Origin: Callorhinchus milii
Lineage: Eukaryota
DNA: 64,000 bases
Reading direction: 5' to 3'
Assembly: GCF_018977255.1 (NCBI RefSeq)
Contig: NW_024704809.1
Span: forward strand, 124,001 to 188,000
Positions 13,351-25,914 of the stretch are shown piece by piece; position 1 is the stretch's first letter, and each line of letters begins with the position of its first letter. The notes beneath the pieces are model-generated. The model did not search any database. It was not told the origin of the DNA and saw only the letters and a program-made list of their open reading frames with translations. The position numbers and the translations under genes were made by a program.

Positions 13351-14039
13351 AACAATAAATAATAATAATCCTTGCATTTGATATAGCACCTTATCACAAA
13401 TTCTAGACGTCTCAAAGCACTTTACAGAATATCAAGTGTATTGACTATATTTTTTGGGGGGAAATGCTGCAGCCAATTGCGGACAGCATGGTCTCACAAA
13501 CAGTGCGGATTCAGAGACCAAATTATTTTTATTTATTTTTGAAGGAATTATATGGTAAAGGGGAGTGAGCATGGGTTTTGTCGCAGATCTGACTGCCAAT
13601 TTGCACACAGCAGTGTACCGCGAACCACCATCCGTAAAATTAATCAGATTATTCATCCTATAATAACAACAAGATTACATTTGTATAGCGCCTTTCACGT
13701 CGGGAGGACGTATAAACAAGATGGCAGCGCTCATGTTAGCATCATTGCATTACAGAGGCATCTGGTGTATTGGAGGCCACGCTCTCCCGTGCTATCCTGT
13801 GACGGGCTGGCGATGGGCAAGGCTGGGCGCGCATGTTCAGATGCAGTATGCGTAGTGTCCAGCGGAAGAGGTGCTGGCTGAGCAAGTGAAAGAGATAACT
13901 CGTCACATCGGATAATTCATCACTGAATCCTTTTCCCTTAGAGTGACAAGTTATTTGGAGTTTACTGTATCTTCTACTGACTTTCAAACTATGCCCCTTT
14001 ATAAAATACTAGCTGTACTAGCTTTGCTTGCAACCAAAG

Positions 14040-14620
14040 GATCCAATATGGAATGTATATTTCAGTCCATGTATTAATCTAGTGAACCATTTTTGGACAC
14101 TATCCAAGGTTAGTAAATCCTTCCTTTGGCTGCGTGCCCAAAACTGAATACAGTATTCCAAGCGGTCTCTCTAAATTAGTATTCTATATAGCTGGAGAAG
14201 CATCTCCTTATTTTTATATTTGTGCAATAACTGTCTAGTATCCCCACTTGCTTTAGTGATTGCTTTCTGCATCTGCAAATTAGATTTTAATCAATGAGCT
14301 TCAACTCATAGATCTTTTTGTTCATCCACTTCTAATGCCATATAGAAGCTGTGCCCAACTAAAATAATACTTCAAACTTTGCAGTGTTAAACTCCATTTG
14401 CAATAGTTCTGCTCCCTTGTTTATTTTGCCTCCGTCTCTTTATCTTTCTACTACCCTCTTCACACCTTCTAGCTCACTAAACTTAGAAATAGTCTTCTCT
14501 ATTCCAGAATCCAGGTCATTGATATATATAGGGTGAAAAGCTGGAGCCCTATCACCACCAATCTCTGGGGGAACACCACTTGCCACTGCCCATCAATTAG
14601 AGACTGTCCCTTTTATATCA
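14040..14620 (-). mobile_element. Degenerate CR1 ORF2 fragment
   Basis: Reverse strand reads EYCIQFWA..., GVPQ-like and RT-adjacent segments with many stops. Confidence 0.55.
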
Positions 14621-16029
14621 ACTCGACCACACAATGTGCCTTTAGATGAGACATTAAAATGAGTCTCATCTGCCTATTCAAGTGGACGTTAAAGAATATC
14701 TATGACAGCATTCAAAAAGAGAAGGGAATTTCTCCTGATCAACAATCATGGAACCATACGTTTTACATACAGAAGAAGGCCATTTGGCTCATCATATCGG
14801 TGCTGGGTCTTTTAAAGAGCAATCCTTTCACTCCCATTTACCTACCCTGTTCCCAAACCCCTGTAGTTTGCTACATGATGAAAGCATAATAATAATCTTA
14901 CATTTGATATAGGGCCTTCAGCCACGCTGCCCCCACCCTATGGAACTCCATCCTGTAGTCCCTCCGCTTCGCCCCTTCCTTTGCCTCCTTCAGGATCCGT
15001 CCGAAGACCCTCCTCTTCGACCGTGCCTTTGGTCACCCTCCTTCCCCCCCCGCCCTCCACCTTCCCCGATTCCGACCCCCAGCTTGGGCCCGAAACACTG
15101 ATTGTCCAGCGCCTTGAGATGTCCTCCCGACGTGAAAGGCTCTTTACAAATGTAGTTGTTGGACATTGTAGACCTCAGTGTCCTCTGCTCCATGCCTTTC
15201 ATTACAAGTATACCCTTTGATATTGGATTTTGCCAAATGCTGGCTACAAATTACAGAAAGCTTCCTTCTCAGATTCTCACCCCTGGTAATTACAGGAAAG
15301 AAGTCTTTAGGAGCTAGTGACACCGTTGAGATCAACCTGATGGGAACAGGGGCTTGAGAAATCTGCACATATAGTGTATGATTTATGAGGTGGTCTATAA
15401 ATAAACTGGTTCATTATAGTTTCTTTCTGTGCAATCTGGGTCAATTGAGTGATTAGAAACTGTTGAACTGCTACATACTAAAATCAGTCATATGGTCTTA
15501 ACATTTTTACTTTATTCTTTCTATTTTCATTGTGGAAGCTATCTACTTTATTAATGAAAGTATGCATTTGATTGTGCTGGGTACTGCATTGACACATTCT
15601 ACATATATATGTCCCTCATGAGCAACTACTAATGCTGTATTGTGAAAAGAAAGGATAACAATGTCGAGAGGCAATTTTCTCAACCTCTGTGGTGCTATTT
15701 GCCCTATTTTTTATTGAAAACCTCTCAATTATGGCACAATATAAAATTTTCATAAAACAAAATGAAGTATCTTTTAAAATTGAAACATCTCAAACTGTTT
15801 CACAATGTTCTTCCAAAGCGATGGAAGAAGCATATAAGCGATTTACAGCAGAGGTTATTCAAGTCTGCGTTGGCCCTTAGAACAAGTCAATCTCACTACC
15901 CTGCCCTATTCCCCATACCTATTCAAGCTTTTAACTTCATATACCTGTGTACTTCCCTCTTGAAATCCAAGTGGATTCTGCCTCTTACCACCTTCCTTGG
16001 CAGCACATCCCACATCCCAACATCCTGAA

Positions 16030-16390
16030 ACGTGTAGCTTACCGAGTAGAGCATTCGCAAGCGAGAGGACCTGGGTTTGATTCCAGGCAGAGCGAAACAT
16101 TGGGCAAGTTTCTTTACTCCACACACCTCTGTTTACCGAGCAGTAAGTAGGAACCCAGTTGTTAGTCAATTAGCAGTCACTTTTCCAGGGGTAATAACTC
16201 CTTCAAAATAACTGAAAATAATTTGTTCACTCAATCCACGGCTGTTTGTGGGACACTGCCGTGCGCAATTGGCTGCCTCGTTTCTCCCACAAAATGTACA
16301 GTCAACTCACTCTAAAGTATATTCTATGAAGCGCTTTGAGACATCTCAAAGACTTGATAAGGCGCTATATCAAATGCAATAATTTTTATT
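16030..16390 (+). mobile_element. tRNA-derived SINE (dominant family)
   Basis: tRNA-like head GTAGCT...GAGCA...GGTTTGATTCC, body GGCAAGTTTCTTTACTCCACAC, tail AAGCGCTTTGAGAC...GCGCTATATCAAATGCAA. Confidence 0.8.
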
Positions 16391-17344
16391 AATTTTAAGA
16401 TTATGTCTTCTTGGTTCGGATCTTCTCAGCAGAGGGAACCATCATCCACTATGTAAGCTATGATGATAAAAACTTGAAAGCACCATACTTCAACAATCAG
16501 AATCAGAAGTTGTGGGTTCAAGCCCAACTTCAGGACTTTGAACTCACAGTCGAGGCTCACACTCCATTACAGCGCCAGGAGAGTATTGCATTATTAGAGA
16601 CGCCACCGGGTACTTTTTCACATAAAGGGTAGTGGAGATCTGGAGCTCTCTCCCCCAAAAGGATGTGGATTATGGCTGGATCCATTCAAATTTTCAAGGC
16701 TGAAGACAATATTTTTTGTTAGGTAATAAGGGTATCAAGAGATATGGAGGAAAGGCAGGTAAATTGAGTTGAGGTACAGATAGAAAGGTGCAACAGGCTC
16801 GAGAGGCTGAATAGCCTACTTCTGTTCCTATGTTTCTACAGTGTATCCTGTGAAGTGATTTTGAGACAGCGTCCTGATATAAAACACACTGAGTCAAATG
16901 CAGGGATTATTTATTTAGTTAATTACTTAATTAGTTAATTAACAAACATGTATGGTACAGTGTTCACTGCTATTAGTCAGAACGGGTTGTGTGCAAAGTC
17001 TGAGGGACCGAGAGCCAGGCTTGTGCTGCTCCCCTGTGTTCTGTTTCGTGAATAACATTGTTCACTGTGATCCAGTATTGATTTGCAGAGATAAAACAGA
17101 TCAAAATTATCAACCAACTTAACCCTGTCAGTGAACTGAAAAGTGTTGACCAAGGGCACAGTCAATAAGATACAACAACAACAAAATTACATTTATAAAG
17201 CGCCTTTCACGTCGGGAGGACGTCCCAAAGCGCCAGATACATTTTTGAGAAGGTATTATAGGTAGAGCAACAAGAGGAGGGGAAAGGATTTGAGGAGAGA
17301 GAGATAGTACAAGTAAATTGTGGCTGAATTTCATAATAGTAAAC

Positions 17345-17640
17345 AATAATAATCCTTACATTTGATCTTCGAGACGTTTCACAGCGCTTCACAAAATATT
17401 CTGTGAAGTGAATTGACTGTATATTTTGTGGGCGAAATGCGGCAGCCAATTGTGCCCAGCAGTGATCCACAAATAAAATTATTACCCCTGGAAAAGTGAT
17501 CCACCACGACTAACAACCGGGTTCCTACTTGCTGCCAGATAAACAGAGGTATGTGGAGTAATGAAACTTGCCCAACACTTGCCCTGCTGGGAATCGAACC
17601 CAGGTCTCTCGCTTGCGAGGTGAGTGCTCTAACCACTGAT
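17345..17640 (-). mobile_element. tRNA-derived SINE
   Basis: Same family, reverse orientation. Confidence 0.8.
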
Positions 17641-18019
17641 CTCAAGGCTGAGAGTGTGAGGAGTTTCAATTACCTGGGAAAATACAGTTCCCAAAGGACC
17701 ATAAATTAATCAACATTGATTTCATCTCAGAAACTTCCTGTGTAGAACTTCAAAAGGAAAGATTTATAAACAGAGCAAGGTCCTGCAGTCAGTGGTTGCT
17801 GATGTAATATGACAGATACAGGGCAGGTTAATCACAGCTCTCAGATCTTTAATCCTCTCTAGTTTTTTTATCGTCAGGTTCAGACGCTTGTGCAGAGAGA
17901 GGTAGCTTTCAGCACTGGGACATTGAGGGCAGGTTTGTTCTGCAGGTAATCTCACTGCAGTGATGGTCCTGAGCAGGATAGAGCTATCCTTTATACATCC
18001 CATCAAGGCTGCTTTGTGC

Positions 18020-18520
18020 CCAGGAATGATCTATGAGCAAAGATTAGACAAGCTAATGCTCTTCAGAAAAGATAACTCAAAGGGGACTTCACAGAGTACA
18101 AAACTATGGTCGGTTGAAATACTGTGTGCAATTTTGGTCTCCTCTTTAGAGAAGAGATGTTAAGGCGCTACAGCAAAGATTCGCCAGGATGTTGCCTGGA
18201 ATTATAAAATGCGGTTATATGAAAAGGCTTGATAAACTGGAGCTTTTTTCTGTGGAGCCCAGAAGGTGTATAAAATTATGGGAGGCTTAGATAGAGTAGA
18301 TTATTTCCAGTGGTCAAGGGGGGGTCTAGAACATTGTTTTAAAATCAGAATGAGGAGGTCCAGAGTGGAGATCAGAAGAAAATCATTCACACAGAGAGTG
18401 GTGAGAGTGTGCAGTTCTCTGCCACAATTAGTTGTTGTGCTGGCAATCATATGCTCATTCAAAAAAAGATGGACACCTGGTGAAGAGAGCATAAAGTTAA
18501 ATGATATAGAGAAAAAGCCA
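18020..18520 (+). mobile_element. CR1 LINE ORF2 3' fragment
   Basis: YKIMGGLDRVD...RKSFTQRVVRV.SSLP motif. Confidence 0.75.
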
Positions 18521-18821
18521 GATGTCTCAGGGCGCCGAACAGTTAGAGTTTTTGGGACCCGAGTTGGGGTCAGGAGGGGTGGGGGTGGGAGGGTGGCTCA
18601 AAGCACAGTCGAAGAGGAACAACAACAACAAAATTACATTTGTATAGCTCCTTTCACATCGGGAGGACATCCCAGGAAGATCGTTAGGCAGGACTTGAAG
18701 GAGGTAAGAAGGGGGTGAGATGGAGGGATTGCAAGCTAGAGTTCCAGAGTGTGGGGTTAGAGATGGTGAATGCCCAAAAGCCAATGATGGGGTGGGAAGT
18801 GCAGGGGACCCAGAGCAGCAG

Positions 18822-19307
18822 TCAGTGCCCCATGTCCAGGGAGATGGAGACACAGCGACACTCTTTGACCAGTTGCACACGCCGATGTCGTGAGGGTGGT
18901 TGGAGGGCGGGGCAGTTGAGGATGATGGTGACTGAGACGAACCTCTTGGGTTTGCAGAAGGAGCAGGAGCGGAACGGTGGCGATCCGGGGATGTAGAAGG
19001 AGTTACATTGTCCGTAGCAGAAGCGGTTGATGACGGTGCGACTGACGCAACCATTTTCCCTCAGGGTCTGGTTGAAGGGATGGGACTTGCACCAGTCCTG
19101 GTGAACATGCCGGCGCTCGGTCACAATCACAGCCTTCCGGCTGGAATCCAGGACTGCTTCCTTGCTCCTCCTCAGACCCCGGGCAGCCAACACACCACGA
19201 CCTTTGCTGGGAGCAGGGAAAGCACCTGGCATCCCAGCGCGTCTTGGCATCTCGGCACCGTTCAAAAGAGTGGATACGATCAAAAGGAGCAGTGCTCCGT
19301 AAAACAT
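18822..19307 (-). CDS. Gremlin-family (DAN) secreted BMP antagonist, 161 aa; probable third gremlin paralog (GREM3-like)
   Basis: Acceptor TTGCAG|G immediately before the ATG, as in GREM1/2. Signal peptide MFYGALLLLIVSTLLNG; PGAFPAP and VLDSS..VTERR gremlin blocks; cystine knot DWCK..GC..RFCYGQCNSFYIP..SCSFCKP..LNCP..KECRC. Intact ORF. Confidence 0.93.
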   Translation of the reverse strand: MFYGALLLLIVSTLLNGAEMPRRAGMPGAFPAPSKGRGVLAARGLRRSKEAVLDSSRKAVIVTERRHVHQDWCKSHPFNQTLRENGCVSRTVINRFCYGQCNSFYIPGSPPFRSCSFCKPKRFVSVTIILNCPALQPPSRHRRVQLVKECRCVSISLDMGH

Positions 19308-22300
19308 CCTGCAAGAGAGAGGCCAACGGTTAACACAGGGAATTGCATCTCGGAGCATTGCACACTGAAGAAGGAGGGAGAAGAGGGAGGGGGGATGACC
19401 ACTGGAGGGGGTTCAAGGAGGTAGGGTTTGAGGTGGGATGTAAAGAGAGGGGACAGGACCGAGCGGTAGAGGGAGGGAGTTCCAGAAATTTAGGGCGTAG
19501 GACCTCAGGGCGCAGGCATTGATGAAGGTGGTGTGAAGAAGGTGAAGCACAGTTAGCAACAGAGAGCCACGGTCTTATCAATATTCATTTGGAGAAAGTG
19601 TGCTCTCATCCAGGACTCAATGTCAGACACTGGACCAGGACTGGAGTGGAGGGTGGAGGCAGACAGATAGAGTTGGGTGTCATTCCCATACGTGAATTTA
19701 CACAAAACCCCATGACATCACCAAGTGGTGAGAGAAATGCAAGTTCACTTCTAAAAACTTCAACATTTCCACGGGAAAAAACTCCCTCTGAGCACTGTGA
19801 CGTATTCACCACTTGAAAATCCAGCACCTGCCACATGCTTGCCACGGGCCAACTAACCACGCCCCCGCCTGTTTTTATGAATGCTTTTCTGACCGAGTGC
19901 TGCAAAGAACATGTTAATTTCTCAGAACGGAGAACAAGTTCCAGGAATGGTTATCTCCTGACAGTCAATGTGCCGAGCCGCAGAGTGACTCTGCGTTGCA
20001 GTGGAACAAGGTTTCAGGAACCGAGGCACGAGAAACTCATTCACAGAAAGTCTGGCTGGAAACACAGTGGCCGGGGTAGGGCCCACTCACTGTGACCAGG
20101 ACGTCTGACTGATAGGATGATGGGAACAGCTCCTGAGCTCATTATACAATAACTATAAATGCTGGGCTCTGCCCACTGGCTCAAACACTGCCACTTGATA
20201 GAACAGCAGAATTATCAGAGGATCATCCTCGTTACTCTTCTCTGCACCTTAGGGGATCTAAGTTCAACTGATTTGCCTTGTTTGTTGCTGCCTCACACTG
20301 TTTTGACACAGTGAGCGATAATAATAATAATCCTTGCATTTGATATAGCGCCTCATCACGTCTTCAAGACATCTCAAAACGCTTCACAGGATATAATGTA
20401 AAATGCATTGACTGTATATTTTATGGGCAGACTGCGGCAGCCGATTGCGGACAGCAATGTCCCACAAACAATCGTGGATTGGGTGACCAAATTATTCATT
20501 TTTATTATTTTTAATAATGCCCAAATTTATAAAACTTGGGATTCATTAGCTTTCTTCACTTTGTCCACTTGCCATCCCAAGTATAAGATTATACACTGAC
20601 CCCCCGCGGCTCTTGCAATGTCTGAATTCTGAAGCAATTTTTTCGGGAGGTTCTTTAAAGAACTACAGATAAACTAGTTTATCCTCTTTGACCGTGCTTA
20701 CGGCCACCTCCCCTTTCTCCGGCTCGGAGTCAGGCTCCGCCACCGTTAAGTGTTCTGAGATGCTACCCTGCGTGGAAGGCGCTATATAAGTGCAAGTTGT
20801 TGTTAAACTTCCTTAAAATTAAGACAGAAACTAACAGTTGTCCCGATGTTGTGAATTGCTGAGACAGGGCTGGAGCCAGACGACCGTTCCCCCAGTGCTC
20901 CGCACTGATAAGCTGTGTTTTTTACTTGGTCTTTGCTCATCTCCTCTCTTTTCCTCCCTCAACGCACCCTCCCATGTTTACAATCCGACTGATAGCCCAG
21001 CTCAGGGCGTTAGTCCAGGGTAGGGCAAGTTCAATTCAGTTTAAGGAGACCGGAAGCATTCTGAGAAACTGATGATTAAATTCTAAAACATCCTTGATTT
21101 GGAGTTTCCCAGTATTGCCTGCCCTTTATCTGTCAACAAACAGGCTTGGGCTTCATTCAGTCCTCTGTTTCATAACCTTCCGCACAGCCACACACATCTC
21201 ACCCAACACAAGGCCAGCCATGCCCTGTCCGTGGGGGGTGGGAGTGGGGAGTGCGGGTCAGCAGAAAGGGATGGGTGGGGGTGGGGGTCGTTCAGTTAGG
21301 CTATAATAACAATAAATAATCTTTGCATTTGATACAGGGCCTTATCAAGTTTTTGAGATGTTTCAGAGCGCTTCACAGAATATACTGGAAAGTAAATTGA
21401 CTGTGTATTTTGTGGGCGAAACACGGCAACCAATTGCGCACAGCAGCATCCCTTATTCAAAGCGATTATTAATCCCAGAAAAGCAATCCGCCATTCGACT
21501 AGGTAAAATAAAATAAACATTTTATACTTGGCTGCCTTTCGGTAGATGATAGATTCAGGGTCAGTGATTGACTATCTTCGGGTAGCTGTATAATATAATT
21601 CAGAAAACAAAACAACAGTTGTTTTAATGTCTTTTTCATAAGTATTAGTGATACAATGATGGGGTAATTACCTCTTGGGCAGTGATGCAGACATTACCAG
21701 TTTAAGAGACAGCACTTCAAAGAGAGCAAATGGAAATAACTGCAAAGTTATTTTTACAAATAATAATAAATTTACAAACACAGAAACTGACCACATCAAC
21801 ACTCAACACTGTGCATCCCGTAATCTTATTCTTACTGCAACGCTTGCAGTGTCAGTGAGAAAGTGTGGGAATAGAAAATTACATCAACAGAGCGAAAGAG
21901 AGGAAGATAGGGAGAGAAAGGGAGTGAAGAGAGAAAAAAGGGAGAGAGAGAGTGAAAAAAGGGAGATAGAGAAAGAAAGTGAAAACAGAGAGAAAGAGAA
22001 ATGAACAAGGGAGGAGAGAGGCAGAGAGAGTGCTCACACTGAGCACCTGAGAGACAAGTCTCACTGAAGCCAGGCAGACAGTGAAGCCCGCCTGACACTG
22101 GTTTATATAACAGTATGTTATATAAGCAATAATACAACAAGAACAACAATTTGCATTTATATATCTTGACGCTGGGGAGTGTCCTGGAGTGTTTCCGAAA
22201 GCCCAAGATATGAAAATAATAGTTTCATATCTGAGACATTCTCCCAAACATTTCCGCAGATTCTCTCCCTATCTTCCTATCCTCCATTTCAAGGTGACAG

Positions 22301-22319
22301 AAAGCGCAGTTTTCTGGAT

Positions 22320-22703
22320 AATAATAATCCTGACATTTGATACAGCGCCTTATCACATCTTCGAGAGGTCTCAAAGCACTTCACAGGATACGCTGTAAGG
22401 TGAATTGGCTGTATATTTTGTGGGCAAAATGCAGCAGCCAATTGCCCACAGCAGTGTCTCAAAAACAGCCGTGGATTGAGTGACCAAATTATTACCGTTA
22501 TTATGTTTTATGAGACTATTACCCCCGGAAAAGCAATCCGCCAATCGACTAACAACCAGGCTCCTACTTACTGCTAGGTAAACCGAGGCGTATGCGAAGA
22601 AAGGAAACTTGCCCAAGGTTTCGCCCTGATCCGCCCGGGAATTGAACCCAGGTCCTCTTGCTTGCAAAGCAAGTGCTCTAACCATTGAGCTACAGGATTC
22701 CAC
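22320..22703 (-). mobile_element. tRNA-derived SINE, near full length
   Basis: Head GTGGAATCCTGTAGCTCAATGGTTAGAGCAC...GGTTCAATTCCC through (ATT)n tail. Confidence 0.85.
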
Positions 22704-22856
22704 ATATAACGGAAGAGTAACGAGAGAAGTTGAGAAGGGATCAGATAGCAGTGCTGAGCTGAGGGCTCAGTACAACCACAGCTTGAGACAAAGCACAAGA
22801 AGTGCAGAATTTTAACATTGATGACAACACAGACACACATCCCGGCACAGGCTCAC

Positions 22857-22980
22857 CTGTTGCAGCAGCGGCTTCCAGCTCAAGTCTGAATCCTCAGCAG
22901 AGCGATCTCAGCCTTCTCCCCTCCCCTCCCCTCGCTTACTCACTCCTCCCTCCTTCATTCACTGCTCAGTGCTCCCTCAC
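22857..22980 (-). other. Candidate non-coding first exon of the gremlin gene
   Basis: Strong CAG|GTGAGC donor at 22857/22856 on minus. Gremlins have a 5' non-coding exon and the coding exon needs an upstream donor. An alternative TATA-like start lies near 22105. Confidence 0.3.
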
Positions 22981-22981
22981 T

Positions 22982-23380
22982 CCCTCAGCTCCTGTTAACA
23001 CTGCAAGCCAAAGCCCCTAACTCACGGGTATGGTGGTCCTAGCTGGACAAGCAGTGGGAAAACTTGCTACGCAGTGCTCTCAATGGCAAGCTCTGTGGTT
23101 TTAGCTGGTTAGACTCCAGCAGTTACCCCAACGCACATTCTGGGCTCCCCCCAAACCTGGGCTCTTGCCAACCTGTGCCTAATAGGTTCTGGAATTAGGT
23201 AAGCTGGGTGCATCCCTTTAGGGAGAGAGAGAGAGAGCGCATTCCAACAATCTATCTCTGAGATTTCCAGGTGTAGGTGGGATGAATGGAATTCTCAGTT
23301 TGGTTTGGAGACACTTAAGCAACAGCGATGGGTTTCCACATGTGTCAGACACCCGGATGGACAAAAAAAACTCCCTCACA
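22982..23380 (-). repeat. Unclassified interspersed element, copy A
   Basis: Reverse complement aligns with 26585-26850 and 43333-44030 (e.g. GTGCGTTGGGGTAACTGCTGGAGTCTAACCAGCTAAA). Confidence 0.8.
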
Positions 23381-23809
23381 TGCTGCTCAGTCCTCCCTCA
23401 TTCCCTCCACAATTTCCAGGTATCTTAATATATTTTTAGCCCTTTGCCAGCGTGGCGCAGTCAGTACAATATATAAATTTACATTTATTAGGACTCTGAG
23501 CTCACAATCCAGAAAGATGCTGCAACGCAGTGCTGGGGGAGTGCCTCATTGCCAGAGACGCCTTTGGATGAGATGTTGAGCCAAGAACCCCTTCCCCTCG
23601 GCTCGGCAACGTGCTCCGCCACCATCAAGCCCTCGATGATACCCTGCGTGAGATTATTAATGCAAGTTGTTTTACAGAGTTTTCGGCAAATTTTACAGAA
23701 TATTATTTGATAATGAAAGTCATTGTATGATTACTACTTATTAGATTCCTGTTTTCACATTAGTTCAATCATCCTAAAGTTCGAAACAAATACACGAAAC
23801 AAATACATT

Positions 23810-24125
23810 TGTGGAGTCCTGTAGCTCAGTGGTTAGAGCACTCGCTTTGCGAGTGAAGAGACCTGAGTTCAATTCCAGGCAGAGGGCGAAACCTCGGGCA
23901 AGTTTCCTTACTCCACACAGAGCCCAATAATAATCCCTCCAAAACCAAAAACAATAATAAATTGGTCATTTTCAATCTACGACTGTCTGTGGGACATTGC
24001 TGTGCGCAATTGGCTGCCGCGTTCGCCCACAAATATACAGTCAATTCACTTTGCAGTGTGTTCTGTGAAGCGCTTTGGGACGTCCTCCCGACGTGAAAAG
24101 CGCTATATCAAATGCAAGGATTATG
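23810..24125 (+). mobile_element. tRNA-derived SINE
   Basis: GTGGAGTCCTGTAGCTCAGTGGTTAGAGCAC head with A/B boxes and family tail. Confidence 0.85.
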
Positions 24126-25029
24126 AAGCATTGCTACATCTGTAGAAATGTAGAAATCTGTTTGAATGTGTCTCATGGGCAGCTTTACACGCGCTGTGCG
24201 CAATTGGCTGCCGCATTTCATCCACAAAACATACAGTCAATTCATTTTACAGTGTATTCTGTGCAGCGCTTTGAGACGTCTGGAAGATGTGATAAGGCGC
24301 TATAACAAATACAAGGATTATTATTGTGACACTGTCGGTCGCTGATGGAGCAGCAGCAATTCCTGCTGCCAGGATGGGAACAGATTGTTGCTGAGGTCAA
24401 TCAACAATAACTTGCATTTATATAGCGTCCCTTATTATTATTATTATTATTCACGACGGGTAGCGTCCCAGAGCACTTGTCACACAGGAAGCGAGTGCGG
24501 GATTTTCTGTGATCCTCAACAACTCTCGGAAAGCGGAACGGGTTCTTTATCGCAATCTTTCCATTTCAATATCAAGTATTTTCTGAAGAGGTGTTGCAAT
24601 TTGCGGTCCAGATCCTGGGCACTTCCTGTTACGGGGCATCACTTCCTGTTACACTTCCCTGCATTGGGGAGGGGCCTGGGGCAGGGGGAGGGTCTCAAGG
24701 AAAGGGAGGGGCTGAAGGGGAGGGTCTGGCGGCAGCGTCTACGAGCTCATAGAGACATTACATGGAGATCCCGTCTGTGACCTGTTCAGGTGAACGTTAA
24801 AGATCCACGCGGCGCTGTTGGATAAGATAAGAGTTTCTCTCTCTCCCAGTGTCCTGGCCGACAATCCCCCCCAGATAAAACCAATCGCTCGCTTCATGGC
24901 TGTCTGCGGGACTCTTGCATTCGCCTACAAAACACACAGTCACTACACTTTACAGTGAATCCGGTGACACCCTTTGAGATGTCCTCCCGGAGTAAAAAAA
25001 TGCCATATTAAATGTGCGGATTATTGTTA

Positions 25030-25740
25030 GGAAGGATATCAAGGCCTTGGAGAGGGTGCAGAGGAGATAATAATAATAATCTTGCATTTGATATAGCGCT
25101 TTTCATGTCTTCTAGACATCTCAAAACGCTTCACTGGATAGACTGTAAAGTGAATTGACTGTATATTTGTGGGCGAAATGCGGCAACCAATTAATTGCGC
25201 ACAACAGTTTCCCACAAACAGTCGTGGATTGAAATGACCAATTTATTATTTTTTTTCTTGAGAGATTATTATCAGGCGTGTGGAGTAAGAAAACTTGCCC
25301 AAGGTTTCACCTTGCCGGGAATCAAACCCAGGTCTCTCGCTTGTAAAATGAGTGCTCTAACCACTGAGCTACAGGACTCCACGTGTAAGCCCAGGTGTAC
25401 CAGAATGGTACCAGGGATGAGGAACTTTAGTTATGTAGAGAGGCGAGAGAAGCTGGGATTTTTCTCCTTAGAGAAGAGAAGGTTAACGGGAGATTTGATA
25501 GAGGTGTTCAAAATTCTGAGGGGTTATGATAGAGTAGATAGGGAGAAACTATTCCCACGGTCAGGTGGGTCGATAACCAGAGGACACAGATTTAAGTTAA
25601 TTGGCAAAAGAACCAGAGGGGAGGATATGGGGAAAGAGCGGGGGAGTGGGACTGATTGGGTACCTCTTCCAAAAAGCTGGCACGGGCACAGTGGGCTTAA
25701 ATGCCCTCCTTCTGTGCTGTAATATTGTATGATTCTATGA
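25030..25740 (+). mobile_element. CR1 3' fragment with nested antisense SINE (25069-25382)
   Basis: [12 protein letters not shown] interrupted by the SINE, resuming TRMVPGMRNFSYVERREKLGFFSLEKRRLTGDLIEVFKIL; CR1 terminal motif near 25700-25740. Confidence 0.85.
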
Positions 25741-25914
25741 CACAAATTTCTGAGCTCGAGACTTGCAGTATTCACGCACACCACCAGGTGGGCCTAATAC
25801 GCTGAGTCAAACACCCCCTCTCCCCCTCCACCCCCTTGAGTATCGGGGGGAGAGGGAGGGGTCAGGGAGGCCGGGCCGGGTTGATCCAAACTTTTGCCCA
25901 AATCACTTTATTCA

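Noticed and set aside
12000-18800. Formin paralog remnants expected between gremlin and RYR
   Set aside because: No recognisable FH2 or C-terminal formin peptide by eye; short ORFs near 15689-16028 match nothing I recognise.
19308-19358. N-terminal extension of the gremlin ORF in the ORF track
   Set aside because: Starts at a non-ATG codon within intron sequence; the acceptor and signal peptide define ATG 19307.
23810-23880. tRNA-like sequences (also near 22630-22700, 35720-35790 and others)
   Set aside because: Heads of SINEs continuing into SINE body and tail; no intact acceptor stem.
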